A stretch of DNA of 64,000 nucleotides, from NCBI GenBank assembly GCA_002269645.1, contig NIVC01000030.1, forward strand, positions 26,570 through 90,569, written 5' to 3'. The position numbers and the translations under genes are program-made. The DNA is from Macrostomum lignano. Taxonomy: Eukaryota. Below the pieces are notes generated by a model. The model did not search any database and was not told the origin of the DNA. It saw only the letters and a program-made list of their open reading frames with translations. Shown here in pieces: positions 60,001 to 64,000 of this stretch. How positions within the stretch are numbered: position 1 is the first letter of the stretch; each line of letters opens with the position of its first letter.

Positions 60001-63000
60001 GGTGGTAACCAGTTAGACACAGGTGTAACCTGTTAGACACAGGTGTAACATGCTAAACACAGGTGTAACCAGTTAGACACAGGTGGTAACCAGTTAGACA
60101 CAGGTGTAACCTGTTAGACACAGGTGTAACATGCTAAACACAGGTGTAACCAGTTAGACACAGGTGTAACCAGTTAGATACAGGTGTAACCTGTTAGACA
60201 CAGGTGTAACATGCTAGACACAGGTGTAACACGCTAGACACAGGTGTAACATGCTAGACACAGGTGTAACATGCTAGACACAGGTGTAACATGCTAGACA
60301 CAGGTGTAATTAACCAGTCAGACACAGGTATAAGTTATTAGTTAACGCACAGATGACAATATTTTAGCTTAGGCTATAGAAGTCTGTCATCCTAAATCAA
60401 GTTAAAACACCCGATCCACTCACAATATTGTACTGGTCCTCCCAAAAGTCCAGCGTAATTAGCTGAAAAGTCTGCAACAGAGCCCAGCCGAAATGATCAT
60501 AGCTAGTGTATCCCCAATTGGGATTGTCTCCAAGGTCTGGCAGGCAGATGTAGCTGGAGTTGAAGGTTGAGCACTGCCCAGACCCCGTGTTGTTGCCGCA
60601 CGTGTGAAAATTGCCTTCTTCATCCTTGAGCCAGTGGCTGCTGTCTTTAATCCAGGTGTTATAATAAGCGTCCAAGGCTTGCTGATTGGCATCGCTGGAG
60701 GCAAAGTCGAAACCGGACCAATCGACCTTCTGGACGCATTTGCTCCGAAAAGTGCCCATGTACACGTCCAGGCCGAATAGTGAGAACACGGCCATGCAAA
60801 AGAATGTGAGCACGATGACCTCTGCCAGCATCTTGAACGACTGCAGCAGGGCACTGATGATGGTTCGGAGACCTGCAGGGTTGGTAGTAATTTATCTGGT
60901 TTCAGTTAACCCATTTCAAGCCAATAATTTCAACTTCAGTATGCTTATTATTTTAATATTGCTAAATAACTAGCTGGGTGCATTTAAAATCTATCTAATA
61001 TTTCTTACTTCCCACCAAAATATCCTAAATGTAACTTAAAGTGCTGCAATCTACGTTAAATGCTAACTAAACCTACCTAAATCTACCTAACTGTAACTAA
61101 ATTTACCTAAAATTACCTTAATCTGTCTTTATGTACCTAAATATATAAAATATATAAAAATCTACCTAAATCTTACTATCTCTACTTTTATCTACCTCTT
61201 CTACCCAAATCTACCCAAAACTTCCTATATTTACCTAAATCAAACTAAATTTACCTAAAGATATCTAAATCAACCTAAATCTAGATAGGTCAACCTAAAT
61301 CTACGCAAGTCCACTTAAATCTGCCTTAATCTATATAAATCTACTCAAATCCATCTAAATCTACCTAAGTCACCTAAGTCAACCTAAATCTACCTAAATG
61401 TACTTAAGCCAACCTAAATTTATCTAAATCTGTTTAAATCTACCAAAGTCAAAGCTGCCCCAGGCAGTCTCACCCGGAAATATTGAGATAGTTTTGAGCA
61501 CTCGAAACACTCGAAACGTTCTCAGCGGCCCAACGCTCACGTTGCTACCCGTTGTCGTGTTTTCAACTATGATCATGATGTAGCTGAAATATGAGTCGAA
61601 TCCAGTGTTTTGCTAGAGCTTGTTTGTATTTTTTTAAATGTAATTTTCTTTCTAACACTTACGATATTAATACAACGAATATGTCCAACCAGTTCCAAGG
61701 GTCACGCAAGTAGGTGTACTTGTCCATCACCAGACCGCGCGCCATCAGCTTCGCCACGCACTCCAGCGAATAGATCGTTAGGAAGATGTACCTGAAATTT
61801 TTTAGGATAATGTACTGGCGCCATCTTCAGTGCAGCCTCCCACTTCCGTTTTTTACCCTCCGTTGCAGCCTCCTACTCACTCGGCAATTTTGTACTCCTC
61901 GTCCAGCGCCAGAAATACGCAGTTTGTCAGAATCGTGAGCATGATGAAGTAGTCAAATATCTGGTTAGTAACAATGCGAACAAATAATTTTCGCACCGGA
62001 TTCCACGGCGCCATGCAGAAAAAAGCGGAATTGGCCGTGAAACGAAATATGGTATGCTTTCCCATTTTCCTGTTGATCACAACAAATGACTGAAAAAAAA
62101 TTGAGTTTGCTATGAGAATCATCAATTCAATTGTTAAATAAAACTACCGGAACCCTCATTTGGTATTTTATGTTGACGGCCAATCAGAGACGGGAAAGGG
62201 GTAGAGATTTTCTGGCTAAGCATCCAAGGCTATAGCCAATCAGAGACGGGAAAGCGTAAAGATTTCCTGGCTGAGTATCCAGCTGGGGCTATAGCCAATC
62301 AGACGTGGGAAAGGGTAGAGATTTTCTGACTAAGCATCAAACGCTATAGCCAATCAGAGACAGGATAGGGGTAGAGATTTTCTGGCTAAGCATCGAGCTG
62401 GGGCTATAGCCAATCAGAGACGGGAAAGGATAGACTTCATCTATGCATCCATGGCAAGGATTTTCAGCCAATCAGAGATAATAAAGAGTCTCTCAAATGA
62501 CGAGGTTCTTTGGTCTCTTATAATTTTACGGCTCATAACACCTGTTCGGACAAGGTCGTCTCTCCAACACTTCCCAACGCTCGCAACGCTCACCCGTTTG
62601 TGCAAGTGCCGATCGATCTCTTCAATTGGTTGAGCCAGAAGCTCGTCGGGAAATTCACCCAATCGTTCGGGCAGGTTGCAGCCTTCGGTCAGCTCTTTGT
62701 CCCTCTTGACCTTGTCATCTTCGGCCTCGGGATCGTCGTCAAACTTTATCTCGCCTTCGACTAGTTTGCCCTCGCCACCGTTGCGCTTTCTCTCCTCGAC
62801 TCGGCGTTTGTAGTCCTCCTCGCGTCTGAGCATGCGCTGGTAGCTGGCCTCGTCGAATGGCCGAAACTCCACGGGTCGATCGCTGGTGGCAAAACTCGAC
62901 GCTCTGGATCGGTAAGTTCGTAGGCTGATAGCGGAGCCCATCTGCTGCTGCTGCTGAGAGCCATCGGAAATGCCACCGGCTCCGCTACCAGTCAGAGTGA

Positions 63001-63121
63001 TTTTTGGCGGCTCAATCGAAGTTCGACGACTTTTGGACGCGGTGCTCTCGTCGGTCGACTTTTTGCGCCCTTGACGTCGCTGATCATCTCGTTCAGCTGG
63101 TTGAGCTGTCTCAGCACTCAT
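48075..63121 (-). CDS. Nav2: Voltage-gated four-domain cation channel alpha subunit, Nav2 (DSC1/NaCP60E-like), about 1933 aa
   Basis: 21 phase-consistent exons: 63121-62594, 62089-61881, 61791-61663, 61583-61474, 60872-60424, 59266-59132, 58614-58546, 57637-57278, 56950-56827, 56541-56318, 56023-55853, 55335-54988, 54409-54124, 53587-53202, 52887-52714, 52601-52473, 51897-51625, 50122-49931, 49817-49710, 49623-49353, 49201-48075 (5802 nt). Pore loops TLDFWE / CGEWIE / TFEGWM / TSAGWN give DEEA. III-IV linker EMFLTPSQ; IQ-like TLQRAWRR. The exon 13-14 boundaries are the least certain. Confidence 0.93.
50300..51470. repeat. 33-bp intronic minisatellite AACCTCCGA(C/G)TCTTATGACTCATGGCTCATAC(T/C), about 35 units
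   Basis: Directly visible in Nav2 intron 17. Confidence 0.97.
53781..54058 (+). mobile_element. SINE family A copy lacking the B-box segment
   Basis: Shares CTCACGACTGAA.GGTCGGGGGTTC, TTGAGC.AGACACTT, CAGCTGTAAAATGG, CCTTGGACTGAACAGCCGTA and CAATAGCTGCGGCTGAGCTGTC with 1091-1405. Confidence 0.85.
54470..54950. repeat. Degenerate ~21-22-bp intronic minisatellite CTCATATCTAACAGGTGACAC
   Basis: Directly visible in Nav2 intron 12. Confidence 0.88.
57060..57910. repeat. Two short intronic arrays flanking Nav2 exon 8
   Basis: CTACCACTGAA/CTACCACCGAG units at 57060-57245 and 16-bp GGGTCAGACTGCAGAT at 57680-57910. Confidence 0.85.
58815..59060 (-). mobile_element. SINE family B copy with an internal deletion, in Nav2 intron 6
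   Basis: TTATTAGAGGCAGGG...GTTAATTGCACGAGCAGAGC.AAGCCGAGATTCCAATT...CTGCACTTGGAATCGAGCCTGGG matches 41726-42090. Confidence 0.85.
59360..60330. repeat. Nav2 intron 5: 21-bp ATCACCTGTTCTATCAAAATG array, then 20-bp CAGGTGTAACCAGTTAGACA array
   Basis: Directly visible. Confidence 0.93.
60990..61445. repeat. Degenerate ~10-bp CTACCTAAAT array in Nav2 intron 4
   Basis: Directly visible. Confidence 0.8.
62178..62475 (+). promoter_or_regulatory. Tandem ~58-bp repeat carrying six RGCCAATCAG (CCAAT/NF-Y consensus) boxes in Nav2 coding intron 1
   Basis: Boxes start at 62178, 62234, 62293, 62348, 62408 and 62466. The motif is visible; function is unproven. Confidence 0.45.
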
Positions 63122-64000
63122 TGCTTTTTCTAACCAGATTAGAACTTGTTAATTAGCAGTTCTTTGGTCGATTTGTTTTACTCAAGTGACGCCATTCTTT
63201 GGCTAACAGGGCGCTTTGATGTCGTTTTGAGTAACGTTGATTATTAACCAAGGCCAACCAGGTAGTATTTCGAACTGAAAGCTGTATAATATAGTTTGTC
63301 TGCGCAAGATGAAGCGTAGAGTCGAGCCTCCGTCGGAGCTGTTATACCCAAAGACTGCTTGCTGGGGTGGTTGATTGTAAAAATGCACTCTTTTTTGCGT
63401 CTCACCCCTTTACCCTAAGTACCCCAGGTTTGTCTTGACCCGAGCGCACCCAGTGAGCCATTTGTTCCAATAAGCCCGCGGCATCTCTTCGGAGCGTGCT
63501 AGCAGAGGCAGGGTAGTCTCTTCTACCCTCAGTACTGCTAACAATTTGCATCGCTGCAGGGCTTTGAAGAATCCTCCAATGCTCATGCAGCATGAAGTTT
63601 CGTCCCTCTACCTATTTAACTGTTCACGGTCTTATACTCTCTTCAACTGATATCTTCCAATAAGATCTCGTTCTAGTCTGAGTTAGAAAAGCTAGGTGCT
63701 TTTGTCGGTTGCCAAGCAAAATATATAGAGCTGGGGCTGTAGAGAACAATTCAAATCAGCTAGCAAACTTGACGAGATAGCTTGCATGCGTGCTGTTAAA
63801 CAATCGGACTATAGGCTGTGTATGCTCAACACCCCTTCGCTGCGGTAGTGGCAGCGAATATAGAGAGGCGATGAGACCATATTCTGCATGCATATAGTCG
63901 GTTAAAAGATGAGTTTTAGTATTCTGCACCTTTTTGTGTTCTGCAGCCCTTTATTTGCACCAATTTCTGAGAATGTACTTTTATAACAAAGAATGGTCGC

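Noticed and set aside
63836-63858. Hairpin TTCGCTGC-GGTAGTG-GCAGCGAA, possible Helitron end or terminator
   Set aside because: No CTRR terminus at the expected distance, no second copy in the window, and intrinsic terminators do not apply to this eukaryotic context.

Overview
Eukaryotic (animal) genomic DNA with GC-richer exons, AT-rich spacers, and a different tandem-repeat array in most long introns. The style suggests a lophotrochozoan invertebrate, possibly a Macrostomum-like flatworm, but that assignment is inference only. No prokaryotic systems, CRISPR arrays or rRNA were seen. Plus-strand genes assembled by hand from splice sites and reading phase: an unidentified Q-rich gene (755-3143); a synaptophysin-family MARVEL gene (12873-17237); a head-to-tail run FLAD1, TMEM9, FBXO7, LSM5, TMEM65 (19260-39820) with AG acceptors a few nt before the downstream ATGs, which is operon/SL-trans-splicing-like; and a frameshifted gene with an ALK/LTK-type glycine-rich domain plus a decayed partial duplicate. 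The minus strand carries a complete 21-exon four-domain voltage-gated channel of about 1933 aa (48075-63121) with a DEEA filter and an MFL linker motif, i.e. Nav2/DSC1 type. Mobile DNA: two tRNA-derived SINE families, each with one copy showing a clear TSD; a decayed CACTA/EnSpm-type transposon; and several TIR/foldback elements. Most long ORFs in the supplied track are translations of minisatellites. All coordinates were counted by eye, and copy numbers are approximate.
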